From Promethearchaeota archaeon (GTDB taxonomy: Archaea; Asgardarchaeota; Lokiarchaeia; Sigyniarchaeales; SOKP01), in contig JAFGOA010000215.1 in NCBI GenBank assembly GCA_016926735.1, positions 20,578 through 84,577 on the forward strand: a DNA stretch of 64,000 bases, read 5' to 3'. The position numbers and the translations under genes are program-made. The notes beneath the pieces were generated by a model. It was not told where the DNA came from and ran no database searches. It worked only from the letters and a program-made list of their open reading frames with translations. Positions 29,756 to 40,195 of this stretch are shown piece by piece. Each line of letters opens with the position of its first letter. Position 1 is the stretch's first letter.

Positions 29756-31300
29756 ATTTCTTCAGAAGAAGATTTTAATGATATAGAAGCTTTAAAAGAT
29801 TCCGAAAGTACTTCGACCAAAAAACATGATTTATTAAATTTTGAGACAAAAATTGATTATAAATATACTCTTAAAAAAAAAAAACAAAATAAAGAGTCAT
29901 ATTTGGTTGATGCTTTTTTTTTTATTCCTAAATCACTTCAAATAAATAAAGGTACATATAATAAAGAACAATTTTTTTATGATTTGCATAATCGTATTCG
30001 ATTTAAGACTCCTAAAATGTTTATAAAAGATATATTAGATGATGATAATATATTATCTCCTCTCAGTATAATTAAAAAGGCTCTTAATCAATCTGTGAAT
30101 AAAACTCATATTGATAATTTAATACAAAGGGAATTAAGAATATTAGCTAGTATTATAAAGACTTCATTAAAAGATAAATTACACTTTTTTCTAAGAAATT
30201 ATAAATTACAGAAGAAAATAAGTTTTTTATTAAATATCTTAGAAGAATATATATTAATTATAAGAGAATTTAAGGATCAACTAATAAATCTAAAGATATT
30301 AATAATAAACTATAATCCAAGTGAGGAATTAAATGATACAATAAAATATTCTGAGGAATATATAAGTTTGCAGATTGAAATGTTTTTTACTAAAATATTG
30401 ACAAAATTAGGTGAATCTTTATATGAATCTCAAAAAAATTTATTAATACAATCTATAGAAAATGAACAATCTTATAGAATAGAACAAAAAAGCAGATTAA
30501 TCATTGATGAAAGAAGTGATAATGAAGCTTTTATTTATCATGAAGGAATAATGAAAAAATATGTTCAAGGTGTTCTTTATTTGAAAAAAAAAGAGAAAAA
30601 ACCACAAGAAACCTCTTTAGAATTGTTTTATTCTATAGGTGCGGGATTAGCTATGTTTATTTCTCTTTTTTTTGGAATTTTTTTATATTCACATTTAGAG
30701 GAATATTCACTTCCTTTTATTGGTTTAGCTGTTGTAGTTTATACTTTAAGAGATAGAATTAAAGATCATATTCGAAAATTTTCTCAAAAAGCAATTATAT
30801 TATATCTTCCTGATAAAAAGACAGACATTATGGATGGATTTTATAATGAGAAAATAGGTATTTGTAGGGAGAAAATGTATTTCCCAGAAATTAATAAAAT
30901 TCCTAAAGAGATTTTAGATATACGAAAGTTAAGTAATAAATCTTCTATAGAAACTGAAGGAAAACCAGAGGTATGCTTAGCTTATAGAAAAAAAATAACA
31001 CTCTCAAGTAAGAAGATTAATAAAATGCATACAAGACATAAGGATATTTTGGATATTACTAAATTTAATATTCATTATTTTTTACATTATGCTGATGATC
31101 CTTATCATAATATCGTTTCTTGGCGTTCTACAGATAAAAAATTAGAGAAATATTCAATGTCTAAGGTTTATCATTTAAATATAATCTTTAAATTAACAAG
31201 TTTTGGAAATAATAATGTTAAAGAAGTATTATATCAGAAATATAGAATAATATTAAACCAAAATGGTATTAAAAAAGTATTAGCTGTAATTATCAACTAA
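29756..31300 (+). CDS. Hypothetical protein with central 2-TM hairpin; probable ATT start upstream of TTG 29903
   Basis: Frame open upstream to TGA 29747, encoding KKHDLLNFETKIDY; FFFIPKSL; two TMs (IGAGLAMFISL, FIGLAVVVYTLRDRIKD). Confidence 0.65.
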   Translation: MSSEEDFNDIEALKDSESTSTKKHDLLNFETKIDYKYTLKKKKQNKESYLVDAFFFIPKSLQINKGTYNKEQFFYDLHNRIRFKTPKMFIKDILDDDNILSPLSIIKKALNQSVNKTHIDNLIQRELRILASIIKTSLKDKLHFFLRNYKLQKKISFLLNILEEYILIIREFKDQLINLKILIINYNPSEELNDTIKYSEEYISLQIEMFFTKILTKLGESLYESQKNLLIQSIENEQSYRIEQKSRLIIDERSDNEAFIYHEGIMKKYVQGVLYLKKKEKKPQETSLELFYSIGAGLAMFISLFFGIFLYSHLEEYSLPFIGLAVVVYTLRDRIKDHIRKFSQKAIILYLPDKKTDIMDGFYNEKIGICREKMYFPEINKIPKEILDIRKLSNKSSIETEGKPEVCLAYRKKITLSSKKINKMHTRHKDILDITKFNIHYFLHYADDPYHNIVSWRSTDKKLEKYSMSKVYHLNIIFKLTSFGNNNVKEVLYQKYRIILNQNGIKKVLAVIIN

Positions 31301-31405
31301 AAAAACTAAAGCTCTTTTTATAATTAAGATTATGAAATTTAATATTCATTAAAATTTGAATATCTCATACAATTAAATTGAAGATAATTAAATTCCAAAA
31401 TAATA

Positions 31406-32509
31406 ATGATAAGTATAAATTGGGAAGGTAAAGATAAATTTATTAGTAATATAGAAAAAAGAAAACAATATTTTAGTAATATATTTAAAAATATCACTTC
31501 TTGTTTAGATAATAGTATAACAAATGAACGTTATACAAAATGTAGTATTAAAAATTGGAATAGAAAATTATTTTGGGGAAATAATATTGAAATAATATAT
31601 TATCTTTTAAATTTTCTAAAAGATAAAATTGATTTAGTATATATAGATCCTCCCTTTTTTACAAGATCAAATTATAAAATCCAAATAAACGAGGATAAAA
31701 ATCTTTATGAAGATATTGCATATTACGATACTTGGAATAAAGATATTAATTCTTATTTACAAATGCTCTATAAGAGACTGTTCCTTATAAAATCTCTTCT
31801 TTCTGAAAAGGGACTTATATTTGTTCATTTAGATTGGCATGCTAATCATTATGTAAAGATAATTTTAGATGAAATTTTTGGAACTGAAAATTTTATTAAT
31901 TCAATTGTTTGGTATTATTATAATAAATATAGTGCTGGAAAAATGCAATTACCAAGAGCTCATGATGATATTTTAGTATATTCTAAAACCAAACATTATT
32001 CTCTTAATGAAATTAGAGTTTTAAGAAAAAAACCCATAAAACAATTAAAAAGAATAAATGTAAATGGGACCCTTAAGAATCTTAAAGATAGATATGGGAA
32101 GGTAATATATAGAACTGTTAAAGATAAAAAAATAGACGATGTGTGGAAAATTCCTTGCCTACAACCGGCATCAAAACACTGGTTGGGGTATCCTACTCAA
32201 AAACATCCTAAGTTGTTAGAAAGAATTATTAAATTAGGTTCTAATGAAAATGATCTTATCGCAGATTTTTTTTGTGGTTCAGGAACAACCTTAATTACAG
32301 CTGAAAGGTTAGGAAGAAAATGGATAGGATCAGATATATCAAAATACGCTATATATTTAACAAGAAAAATGCTCTTAAATCACTATGAAGAATTTGAGAA
32401 TTTAAATAATAAAAATTTAGAATTATGGGCTCATTTGGATGAAGAGAAGAAGAAAATTATTAATTCAAATTTTTTTAAGAAAGAATTAAAAATACAGAGG
32501 ATAAAATAA
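31406..32509 (+). CDS. N6/N4 DNA methyltransferase, beta class (type III Mod-like), orphan
   Basis: YIDPPF, FVHLDWH, DDVW, YPTQK, DFFCGSGTT; no restriction subunit adjacent. Confidence 0.9.
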   Translation: MISINWEGKDKFISNIEKRKQYFSNIFKNITSCLDNSITNERYTKCSIKNWNRKLFWGNNIEIIYYLLNFLKDKIDLVYIDPPFFTRSNYKIQINEDKNLYEDIAYYDTWNKDINSYLQMLYKRLFLIKSLLSEKGLIFVHLDWHANHYVKIILDEIFGTENFINSIVWYYYNKYSAGKMQLPRAHDDILVYSKTKHYSLNEIRVLRKKPIKQLKRINVNGTLKNLKDRYGKVIYRTVKDKKIDDVWKIPCLQPASKHWLGYPTQKHPKLLERIIKLGSNENDLIADFFCGSGTTLITAERLGRKWIGSDISKYAIYLTRKMLLNHYEEFENLNNKNLELWAHLDEEKKKIINSNFFKKELKIQRIK

Positions 32510-32661
32510 TCCACAAATAAATTATCAAGAATAGAGATTAGGATTTTTAAAGATAATAAAAAATGGATAACTCAATTAATATTTCTATATCCCTTTTTAT
32601 AGAATATCAAATAGAAAAAGTTTAAAGAATTGTAAAATTAAAATAATAAAAATATAGAAAT

Positions 32662-33336
32662 ATGAATGAGTCATTTAATACAATTCTTTTAAGATTAAAT
32701 ATGACGGATGAAGATTCTAGTAAAAGTAAAGATAAACAAGAGAATTCAAATATTTCCACCTCATTGGAGAAAAAAGAACAATATAATGATTTATCTGAAG
32801 AAAAATTGATCGAAAAATTATTAGATACTGATAAAAAATTATCATTAGCTAAAAAAGAATTAATTCAATCAAAAGAAGAAAAAAAAAATTGGCAAGAAAA
32901 ATATACTCGACTTCAAGCAGAATTTGAAAACACTCAAAAGAGATGGGAAAAATCAAAAGATCAACTTAAAAATCAATCAAAAGGAAATATCATAAAAAAT
33001 TTTCTTCCTTTATATGATTCATTTAAACATGCATTAAAAAATGAAGCAGAACATCACATCTTAGAACAATTTTTTAAACAATTTATGAATATTTTAAAAA
33101 ATTTAGGTGTAGAGATAATGATTATAAATGAAAAAGAGATATTTGATTATAATAAACATGAAGCCATAACAACTATGCAGAACAATGACCTTCCTAATAA
33201 TACAATTATTGAGGTTATTCAAGATGGTATTAAATTAGATAAAGATATTCTAAGATATGCAAAAGTGATTGTCAGTCAAAAACAAAAACTTAACAATAAT
33301 AATGAATCCTCTAAAGAGGAGCAACTTAAAGAATAA
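32662..33336 (+). CDS. grpE: Nucleotide exchange factor GrpE (start may be ATG 32701)
   Basis: RLQAEFEN..KR, FLPLYDSF, FDYNKHEA, EVIQDG..LRYAKVIV. Confidence 0.93.
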   Translation: MNESFNTILLRLNMTDEDSSKSKDKQENSNISTSLEKKEQYNDLSEEKLIEKLLDTDKKLSLAKKELIQSKEEKKNWQEKYTRLQAEFENTQKRWEKSKDQLKNQSKGNIIKNFLPLYDSFKHALKNEAEHHILEQFFKQFMNILKNLGVEIMIINEKEIFDYNKHEAITTMQNNDLPNNTIIEVIQDGIKLDKDILRYAKVIVSQKQKLNNNNESSKEEQLKE

Positions 33337-33385
33337 AAAATACTATATTTAACATTAAGATCGTTTAAAATCGTAAATTTCTTTA

Positions 33386-35581
33386 TTATTTTATAAAATA
33401 TTGATCACAAATTTTATCTAATTCTATTTTAGTCATATTAGACATTTCTACATAATTATTAGCTAACATTTGTAATTCTTGAAAAATTTGTTTATTATCT
33501 GTTATTTTAAAGAGTAATTTTTCTAATTTTGCCATTGCTGAATATGAATGCCCTTTGAAAACATATCCAAAGAGCAAATTCTCTTTTGATTGGAAAATTA
33601 TTAAATATTCCCCATGTCTTATTCTATCTATTGACCCTGATGATGAGAATGCTTCCTTTCCAAATATGTTAATTGCTGAAATAAACCCTGCAATTAAGTC
33701 ACTATCCTTAAAATGTATATCTTCAAATGATTTACTATACAAGCAATGACCATCTATTACTTTTAAAATAACAAGATAAATTGGATCATCAGCATTATTT
33801 GGTATATCATCTATTTTAGAACGTATCATTTTGGAAAATAAGAATTCATGTTTTGATTCATTAATTCTTTCTTGTAGGGGCATATTCATGGCCATTCTTT
33901 CTTCCCAGAGATCAATATTTGCTAATATTGAATCATGTTCATTAGAAATTTTATTAGCTAATAATTTTAACTCATGTTGATTTGCTATTTTTTGAGCCTT
34001 GGTTAGTAGTGCACGAGCCTCATCTATTTCTAATTTAATTAAGGCGATTTTTGCTTTTAAAAAATATGTTTCTGTTAATAAATTATATAAATATTGAGAT
34101 TGAGCGATTTTAAGAATTTGATTGGAGAGATCTTCAATTTCAGTAAGAATAGTTAGATCTCCGGTCAATTCTAATTCATATATTAATACTTCACATAAAT
34201 TGACCATTGCTTCTATAGATATTTCGTGTTCAATAATATTTTCTTTACTAATATCTTTAAAAATCAAAGCAGCTTGCATTTTATCTCGTAAACGTTCTTT
34301 GGATTTTAGAATAATTCCTTTAGTTAATCTGTATATTTGGTCTATTTGCTTATTATCAGAATTTTTTAAATTGATTTCATATAACTTCTCTAAATAATTC
34401 TCTAAGTTTTTTGAATCATCATTCTCAATTGATAAATGGATAAGATAATAATATGCTTTAGCTATTGAGATATTGAATCTATGAGTCCGCAATATTACAA
34501 TTTCTTCTTTATGTAATAATTCTAATGCTTCTAATAGATTTTTCTTAGCAATTTCGAATTCTCCTAGTTCTCCATATATTTTACCTATCGCAACCAAATA
34601 AATAGGTCTTAATCTCGCTTTATCATCAATTCCTATAGTATCCAGACTTTTTGTATATAATTCTAGACTCTTTTTTAATTCTCCCTTCTGATCATAAACC
34701 ATTCCCATAGAAAAATATGCATGGGCAATTTGATTAATAGAATTATTTTGTTCGTTTATTTTTAAAGTGTTTTTAAAAGATTCTAAAGCCTTTTCGAATT
34801 CTCCTTTTGTTAAATAATAATATCCAAGTAAATAATAACAATTTGCTTCTATATGTTTATAATTATTCTTTTTGGCGATTTTAAGAATATCATGTGCTTT
34901 TTTTTTTGTAAATTCTAAATCTCCTTCATGATATTTAACCCATCCCAAATTAATAGTATTCCAAATTATTCCGACTAAATTTTTTTTTTCTCTAGCTAAT
35001 TCTAGACTTTCTAAAGTATAATTTTGAGAAGCTTTAAAATCCCCTATATAGTACGTTAAAGTACCTAAGTTATATAATGTCCAAATTAATCCATAAGTAT
35101 CCTTAAGATCTAGTCTTATTTTATAACTTTTTTTAAAATATTCAATTGACTCACGTATTTTGTTCATATCATAGTAAATACGACCTTTTAAATAATAAAA
35201 ATATGCTTCTCTATATTTTATTTGTACTAAAGGCATATAATCTATATTATTTAATAATAATTCACCTTGACTTATCAGATCAAGGCATTCATTTATTATT
35301 GATAATTGAGAACCATTCTCTACGCATGCTATAATTGCATCAATTTCTCTTAGTAAATTAAAGCTTTCTTGAGCAAGTTTCATCATTTCCTGGGCCATTT
35401 TATAACCTTCTCTAAATTCACCATTATCTAAACAAATGAAACTTTGAACATATTTTTTAATCAATATATCATCATCAGAAAGTCCACTCTTTTTTTCTAT
35501 TGAATTAAGTAATTCAAGAGCCTCTTTAAATTGTCCATTAATTAAATTGTTTTCTAATTGTTCAATTTTAGAGTAAAACAT
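33386..35581 (-). CDS. TPR-repeat protein with C-terminal longin-like domain
   Basis: Multiple TPRs (LG..Y...G.F.KALE.F.K.L); C-terminal GHCLYSKSF..LIAGFISAINIFGKEAF..IDRIRHGEY. Confidence 0.8.
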   Translation of the reverse strand: MFYSKIEQLENNLINGQFKEALELLNSIEKKSGLSDDDILIKKYVQSFICLDNGEFREGYKMAQEMMKLAQESFNLLREIDAIIACVENGSQLSIINECLDLISQGELLLNNIDYMPLVQIKYREAYFYYLKGRIYYDMNKIRESIEYFKKSYKIRLDLKDTYGLIWTLYNLGTLTYYIGDFKASQNYTLESLELAREKKNLVGIIWNTINLGWVKYHEGDLEFTKKKAHDILKIAKKNNYKHIEANCYYLLGYYYLTKGEFEKALESFKNTLKINEQNNSINQIAHAYFSMGMVYDQKGELKKSLELYTKSLDTIGIDDKARLRPIYLVAIGKIYGELGEFEIAKKNLLEALELLHKEEIVILRTHRFNISIAKAYYYLIHLSIENDDSKNLENYLEKLYEINLKNSDNKQIDQIYRLTKGIILKSKERLRDKMQAALIFKDISKENIIEHEISIEAMVNLCEVLIYELELTGDLTILTEIEDLSNQILKIAQSQYLYNLLTETYFLKAKIALIKLEIDEARALLTKAQKIANQHELKLLANKISNEHDSILANIDLWEERMAMNMPLQERINESKHEFLFSKMIRSKIDDIPNNADDPIYLVILKVIDGHCLYSKSFEDIHFKDSDLIAGFISAINIFGKEAFSSSGSIDRIRHGEYLIIFQSKENLLFGYVFKGHSYSAMAKLEKLLFKITDNKQIFQELQMLANNYVEMSNMTKIELDKICDQYFIK

Positions 35582-35789
35582 GATTTAGCTAGATTGATTA
35601 TAAGATTAAAAATGATTTAATATATTCTTTTTACTGTAAAAATAATCTAAAATTCACCATAAAAAATTTTGCATTTTAATATTAAAAAATTAATTATACC
35701 GCTTATACCTATGAAAAAAATGATTTTCTATTTTTTTTATATTTTATTTAAATCTTATACTTATTAATAATATAATTTCTTCTGGCTTA

Positions 35790-36324
35790 TGCAACAATAA
35801 AAATATTAATCTTAAAACCTTTTATATATATAAATTGATATATTAGCTAGGTAAAATAAATGAGCGAAGGTCCTGATCTTCCTCCAATTCCCAGTATTGG
35901 AGAAGTACTAGGTAGGAAAGAACATTTTATACAAAAAGTAACAACTGTGATCAGATGCAAACAATGTGAGGGAAAGTACACAAGAATTTTTCAAAATGGA
36001 GATTATACTTTTAAAAAATTAGATAATGAAAATTGTCCAGAATGTAAAAAAAAAACACCCTCAATAATTGTAGAAATCTATTCAGAATGGATAAACCCTA
36101 AAAAAGAAAAATAAAATTTGTTGAAAACAGCAATGTATAATATTGGATTAGAAAAATAAATTGATCAAGCAGTCGCTAGAGACTTTAAGATACATAAAAT
36201 TAATAATGAAGATAAAAAAAACGATTCTTATAAAGCATTAGAATTTACGCTATCATTTAATAATATTGAAATAAAATATAAAAGAAAAGTAGAGAGTGAA
36301 AAATATCCAATAGTTCCGAAATTT
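35790..36324 (+). repeat. Copy 1 of a diverged ~0.53-kb direct duplication
   Basis: Aligns with ~37323-37857 (e.g. aggtcctgatcttcctccaattcccagtattggagaagtactaggtaggaaagaacattttatacaaaaagta is identical); left boundary approximate. Confidence 0.9.
35860..36114 (+). CDS. Small zinc-ribbon protein
   Basis: CKQC...CPEC; R.FQ.GDY.FK; IVEIY. Confidence 0.8.
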   Translation: MSEGPDLPPIPSIGEVLGRKEHFIQKVTTVIRCKQCEGKYTRIFQNGDYTFKKLDNENCPECKKKTPSIIVEIYSEWINPKKEK

Positions 36325-36330
36325 AAATAA
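36133..36330 (+). pseudogene. Truncated, nonsense-disrupted copy of the 37666-38139 gene
   Basis: MYNIGLEK then TAA at 36157 (TTA in the intact copy); homology ends after KYPIVP. Confidence 0.85.
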
Positions 36331-36413
36331 ATTTCATATAATTCCTACTATCATTCTTAAAATTTATTTCATGTAGTTTCTTCACATCAAAATAAAATTT
36401 AAAAGTCTTTTCT

Positions 36414-36707
36414 TTACAAAAATGATGAAAGTATTAAGATACATATATAAAAAGCGAAAAAATTCAACAATATTCCCCATATACCAGAGCCTTTCTTTTT
36501 AAAACATAATATGATAATCCCAAATATAAATCCTATAATTGATAACATAATTGGAATAAATATTAAATTTGGGAGTAAATACATTCCCATATTATGTGCT
36601 AGCAATATATCAATAAAAGGTAGATATAGAGATATAAAAGCTAGCAATATTGTCAATTTCTTATCCGCACGATTCATATTAGGAGTTTTATTTTTATTTA
36701 TATCCAT
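36414..36707 (-). CDS. Small 3-TM membrane protein
   Basis: Three hydrophobic segments; lies between the duplicated copies. Confidence 0.55.
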   Translation of the reverse strand: MDINKNKTPNMNRADKKLTILLAFISLYLPFIDILLAHNMGMYLLPNLIFIPIMLSIIGFIFGIIILCFKKKGSGIWGILLNFFAFYICILILSSFL

Positions 36708-36748
36708 ATTTATCCTCTTTTTTTTTTGATTTTAATTCCATATATAAT

Positions 36749-37261
36749 CTAGGTATACCCTGCAGGTGTTATTATAAATGAAAAAATAAATATAAAAATG
36801 TTAAGAATCCAAGAGGAATAAATAAAATAAGTAATAATTGACTCATCTGATGGGATTATAGATGAAAGAATTAAAAATGCTATTCCTATTAAAGATAGTA
36901 TAGTAATTGGTATTCTTTGATCTGAAATATTGTTAATATTGTAATACTGAAGGAGTGTAATCATCATAACATTTAGAGGAAAGATTAATGATATTATTAG
37001 GCATCTCCATCTTATATCAAGATTATTATTAACATATTTATCAACTTTTTCTTCTTTCTCTTCGTAGTTTTTCTTAAAAAGATTTATAGGAATTATAAAA
37101 CAATAGATTAGAATTAAGCCTATAGGGATACCTATTAAAGGAATAATTGGAGTGAAATAAAAAATGAAATAAATTAATATGATAGAAGAAATAACTATTA
37201 ATATTTCAGTAATTAATAGCATTATAATATGATTACTTCTTTTATTCTTTCCTTTTATCAC
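36749..37261 (-). CDS. Hypothetical membrane protein (~5 TMs)
   Basis: Hydrophobic segments separated by a charged loop. Confidence 0.55.
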   Translation of the reverse strand: MIKGKNKRSNHIIMLLITEILIVISSIILIYFIFYFTPIIPLIGIPIGLILIYCFIIPINLFKKNYEEKEEKVDKYVNNNLDIRWRCLIISLIFPLNVMMITLLQYYNINNISDQRIPITILSLIGIAFLILSSIIPSDESIITYFIYSSWILNIFIFIFSFIITPAGYT

Positions 37262-37322
37262 ATAAAAGATTATATTTAATCCTTAATAAATATGTTTGGA
37301 GGAAATATATTTTCTAGAAATT

Positions 37323-37857
37323 TACAACGATAAAAATATTAGCTTAAAAATTTTTAATATATATAAATTGAGATAATAGTAAGGAAAATAAAATTAGTAA
37401 AGGTCCTGATCTTCCTCCAATTCCCAGTATTGGAGAAGTACTAGGTAGGAAAGAACATTTTATACAAAAAGTATCCACTGTGGTTAGATGCAAACAATGT
37501 GAAAGAAAATACACAAGAAAATTCCAAAAAGGAGATTATACATTTAAAAAACTAAATAATGTTGAATGTCCTGATTGTAAAGAAAATCCATCATCGATAA
37601 TTGTAGAAATCTATTAAGAATGGATAAACCCTAAAAAGGAAAAATATAATTTGTTGATATAAATTATGTATAATATTGGATTAGAAAAATTAATTGATCA
37701 AGCAGTAGCAAGGGATTTTAAAATTCATAAAATTACTAATGAAGATAAAAAAAATGATTCTTATAAAGCATTAGAGTTTACATTGTCATTTAATAATATT
37801 GAAATAAAATATAAAAGAAAAGTAGAGAGTGAAAAATACCCAATAGTTCCGAGATTT
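37323..37857 (+). repeat. Copy 2 of the direct duplication
   Basis: Offset 1533 bp from copy 1; includes the promoter-like tatatataaattga. Confidence 0.9.
37393..37617 (+). pseudogene. Degenerate (or ATT-initiated, C-truncated) copy of the zinc-ribbon gene
   Basis: ATG->ATT at 37393; TCA->TAA at 37615 removes the last 10 aa; all four Cys retained (CKQC, CPDC). Confidence 0.75.
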
Positions 37858-38139
37858 CAATATTTATTTGGATTTTATCCTAAAGAGGGTTTATGTTTGT
37901 TTGTTAAAAAAAAAGAACATAAATTGGCTTTATGTGAAGGGCCGTTAGAAGAAATTAATAAAACATGTTCATTAATTCATTCATTAATGTATCTTTTAGT
38001 CCCAGCAGATAGATTTGAAGTTTATTCATACCTTCCGGGATGTTGTGAAATTAATTGTCCTAATAGTCCTAATCAATATAAATTACGAATTAATCTCTAT
38101 ACAGCTAAAGATGAAGAATTAAAAACAACTAAATCCTAA
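37666..38139 (+). CDS. Hypothetical protein with Cys-rich C-terminus
   Basis: 157-aa ORF with CCEINCPNSP; its 5' part is duplicated at 36133. Confidence 0.7.
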   Translation: MYNIGLEKLIDQAVARDFKIHKITNEDKKNDSYKALEFTLSFNNIEIKYKRKVESEKYPIVPRFQYLFGFYPKEGLCLFVKKKEHKLALCEGPLEEINKTCSLIHSLMYLLVPADRFEVYSYLPGCCEINCPNSPNQYKLRINLYTAKDEELKTTKS

Positions 38140-38542
38140 ATTTTCTCTTTAAATTACTTTTAACAAAATCAACAATGGTTTTAATATTTGTTCCAGGTCC
38201 ATGAAACCCTTTTAATCCTTGTTCTTCTAAAAATTTTTTGTCTTCATCAGGGATGATTCCTCCAACAGCAACTAATACATCATCTATATTATTTTCCCGG
38301 AGTTTTTCCATAATTTTAGAGCATAATGCATTATGAGCTCCACTAAGTATACTTAAGAGAACAGCATCAGGATCTTCTTGAATTATTGAATTAAGAACAT
38401 CATCTGGAGTTTGATGAATACCTGTATATATAACTTCCATTCCAGCATCTCGTAAACCTCGTGCTATTACTTTTGCACCCCGATCATGTCCATCAAGACC
38501 AGGTTTCGCAACTATAACTTTAATTTTTCTTTCTTTAGACAT
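38129..38542 (-). CDS. Methylmalonyl-CoA mutase family, cobalamin-binding small subunit
   Basis: AKPGLDGHDRGAKV (DxHxxG), SILSGAH, VGGIIP. Confidence 0.96.
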   Translation of the reverse strand: MSKERKIKVIVAKPGLDGHDRGAKVIARGLRDAGMEVIYTGIHQTPDDVLNSIIQEDPDAVLLSILSGAHNALCSKIMEKLRENNIDDVLVAVGGIIPDEDKKFLEEQGLKGFHGPGTNIKTIVDFVKSNLKRKFRI

Positions 38543-38554
38543 ATTCTAAACTCC

Positions 38555-40195
38555 TTAAAATATCGATTCTTCAACATATATTCCAAAAATTTCCTTCAAA
38601 ACAGTAATTATTTCACCTATGGATGCATATTCTTTAACAGCATCTATAATATAAGGCATCAAATTTTCTGTTCCTTTAGCTGCTTTTTTTAATTTTTTTA
38701 AAGCATTTTCTACAACTTTATTATTTCTTGTTCTTTTGATCTTTTCCAAATTTTTTATTTGATTTTCAGAAACTTTTTCATCAATTCTTAAAATTTCAGG
38801 ATTACGACAAGATTTTGGTTGAAATTTATTAACCGCAACAACAATTCTTTCTTTATTATCTACTTCCTTTTGATATTTGTATGATGCATTGGCTATTTCT
38901 CTTTGGAAGAAGTTCTTTTTTATTGCAGGAATAACTCCTCCTAAATCTTCAATTTTCTTAAAATATATTTCAGCTTCCTCTTCCATTTTATTAGTTAACC
39001 ATTCTAAATAATATGATCCTGCTAATGGATCAACTGTATCGGCAATGCCCGATTCATTTGCAATAATTTGCTGAGTTCTCAGCGCTATTCTAACTGACTT
39101 CTCTGTAGGTAAACATAAAGCTTCATCATAAGAATTAGTATGTAATGATTGAGTACCTCCTAAGACTCCAGCTAAAGCTTGAAGCGTAACTCTTACGATA
39201 TTATTTTCTGATTCTTGAGCTGTTAAAGATACACCTGCAGTTTGAGTATGGAATCTTAATCTCATAGATTCTGGTTTTTTAGCTCCATATTTATTTTTTA
39301 ATTTTTTTGCCCAAATTCTTCTTGCTGCTCTATATTTTGCAATTTCTTCAAAAAAATTATTATGAGCGTTAAAGAAGAAAGATAATCTGTGAGCAAAATC
39401 ATCTATATTAAGACCTCTTTTAATAGCTTCTTCTACATAAGCAAAACCATCTGCAAGAGTAAATGCCAATTCTTGTACTGCAGTTGATCCAGCTTCTCTG
39501 ATATGATACCCACTAATACTAATTGTATACCATTGAGGGACATTTTTAGAACAATATTCTATTGTATCAACTATTAATCTCATAGAAGGTTCTGGTGGAA
39601 AAATCCATGATTTCTGAGCAATATATTCTTTTAAAATATCATTTTGAATTGTTCCTCTTAATTGTTCAGGTTTTAATCCTTTCTTTTCTCCAACAACTAT
39701 ATACATAGCTAATAATATTGAAGCAGGACCATTAATTGTCATTGAAGTAGATATTTTAGACAAGTCAATTCCATCAAATAGTACTTCCATATCATCTAAT
39801 GTATCTATAGCAACACCTACTTTTCCAATTTCTCCTAAAGATTTTTCATCACTTGATTCATATCCATATAATGTTGGAAAATGGAATGCTACACTCAATC
39901 CAGTTTGACCGTGTGCAATTAGAAATTTAAATCTTTCATTTGTCTGTTTAGCGGTCCCAAAACCAGCAAATTGGCGCATGGTCCAAAACCTTCCTCGATA
40001 CATATTATCGTATACTCCTCTTGTAAAAGGAAATTGACCGGGCTCTCCAAGATCTTTATTATAGTCAAAAGTCTCAACATCTTTTGGACTATATAAACGT
40101 TTAATTTCTATATTTGAAAGATTTTTAAAATTTCTTTTAATTGTATTTTTTTTATTTTCAATTTCTTTATCCTTCTTACTTTCAGATTCAATCAT
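38555..40195 (-). CDS. Methylmalonyl-CoA mutase family, large (substrate-binding) subunit
   Basis: PFTRG, WTMRQFAGFG, GTIQNDILKE, SISGYHIREAG, HTQTAG, QSLHTNSYDEA, DPLAGSY. Confidence 0.96.
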   Translation of the reverse strand: MIESESKKDKEIENKKNTIKRNFKNLSNIEIKRLYSPKDVETFDYNKDLGEPGQFPFTRGVYDNMYRGRFWTMRQFAGFGTAKQTNERFKFLIAHGQTGLSVAFHFPTLYGYESSDEKSLGEIGKVGVAIDTLDDMEVLFDGIDLSKISTSMTINGPASILLAMYIVVGEKKGLKPEQLRGTIQNDILKEYIAQKSWIFPPEPSMRLIVDTIEYCSKNVPQWYTISISGYHIREAGSTAVQELAFTLADGFAYVEEAIKRGLNIDDFAHRLSFFFNAHNNFFEEIAKYRAARRIWAKKLKNKYGAKKPESMRLRFHTQTAGVSLTAQESENNIVRVTLQALAGVLGGTQSLHTNSYDEALCLPTEKSVRIALRTQQIIANESGIADTVDPLAGSYYLEWLTNKMEEEAEIYFKKIEDLGGVIPAIKKNFFQREIANASYKYQKEVDNKERIVVAVNKFQPKSCRNPEILRIDEKVSENQIKNLEKIKRTRNNKVVENALKKLKKAAKGTENLMPYIIDAVKEYASIGEIITVLKEIFGIYVEESIF

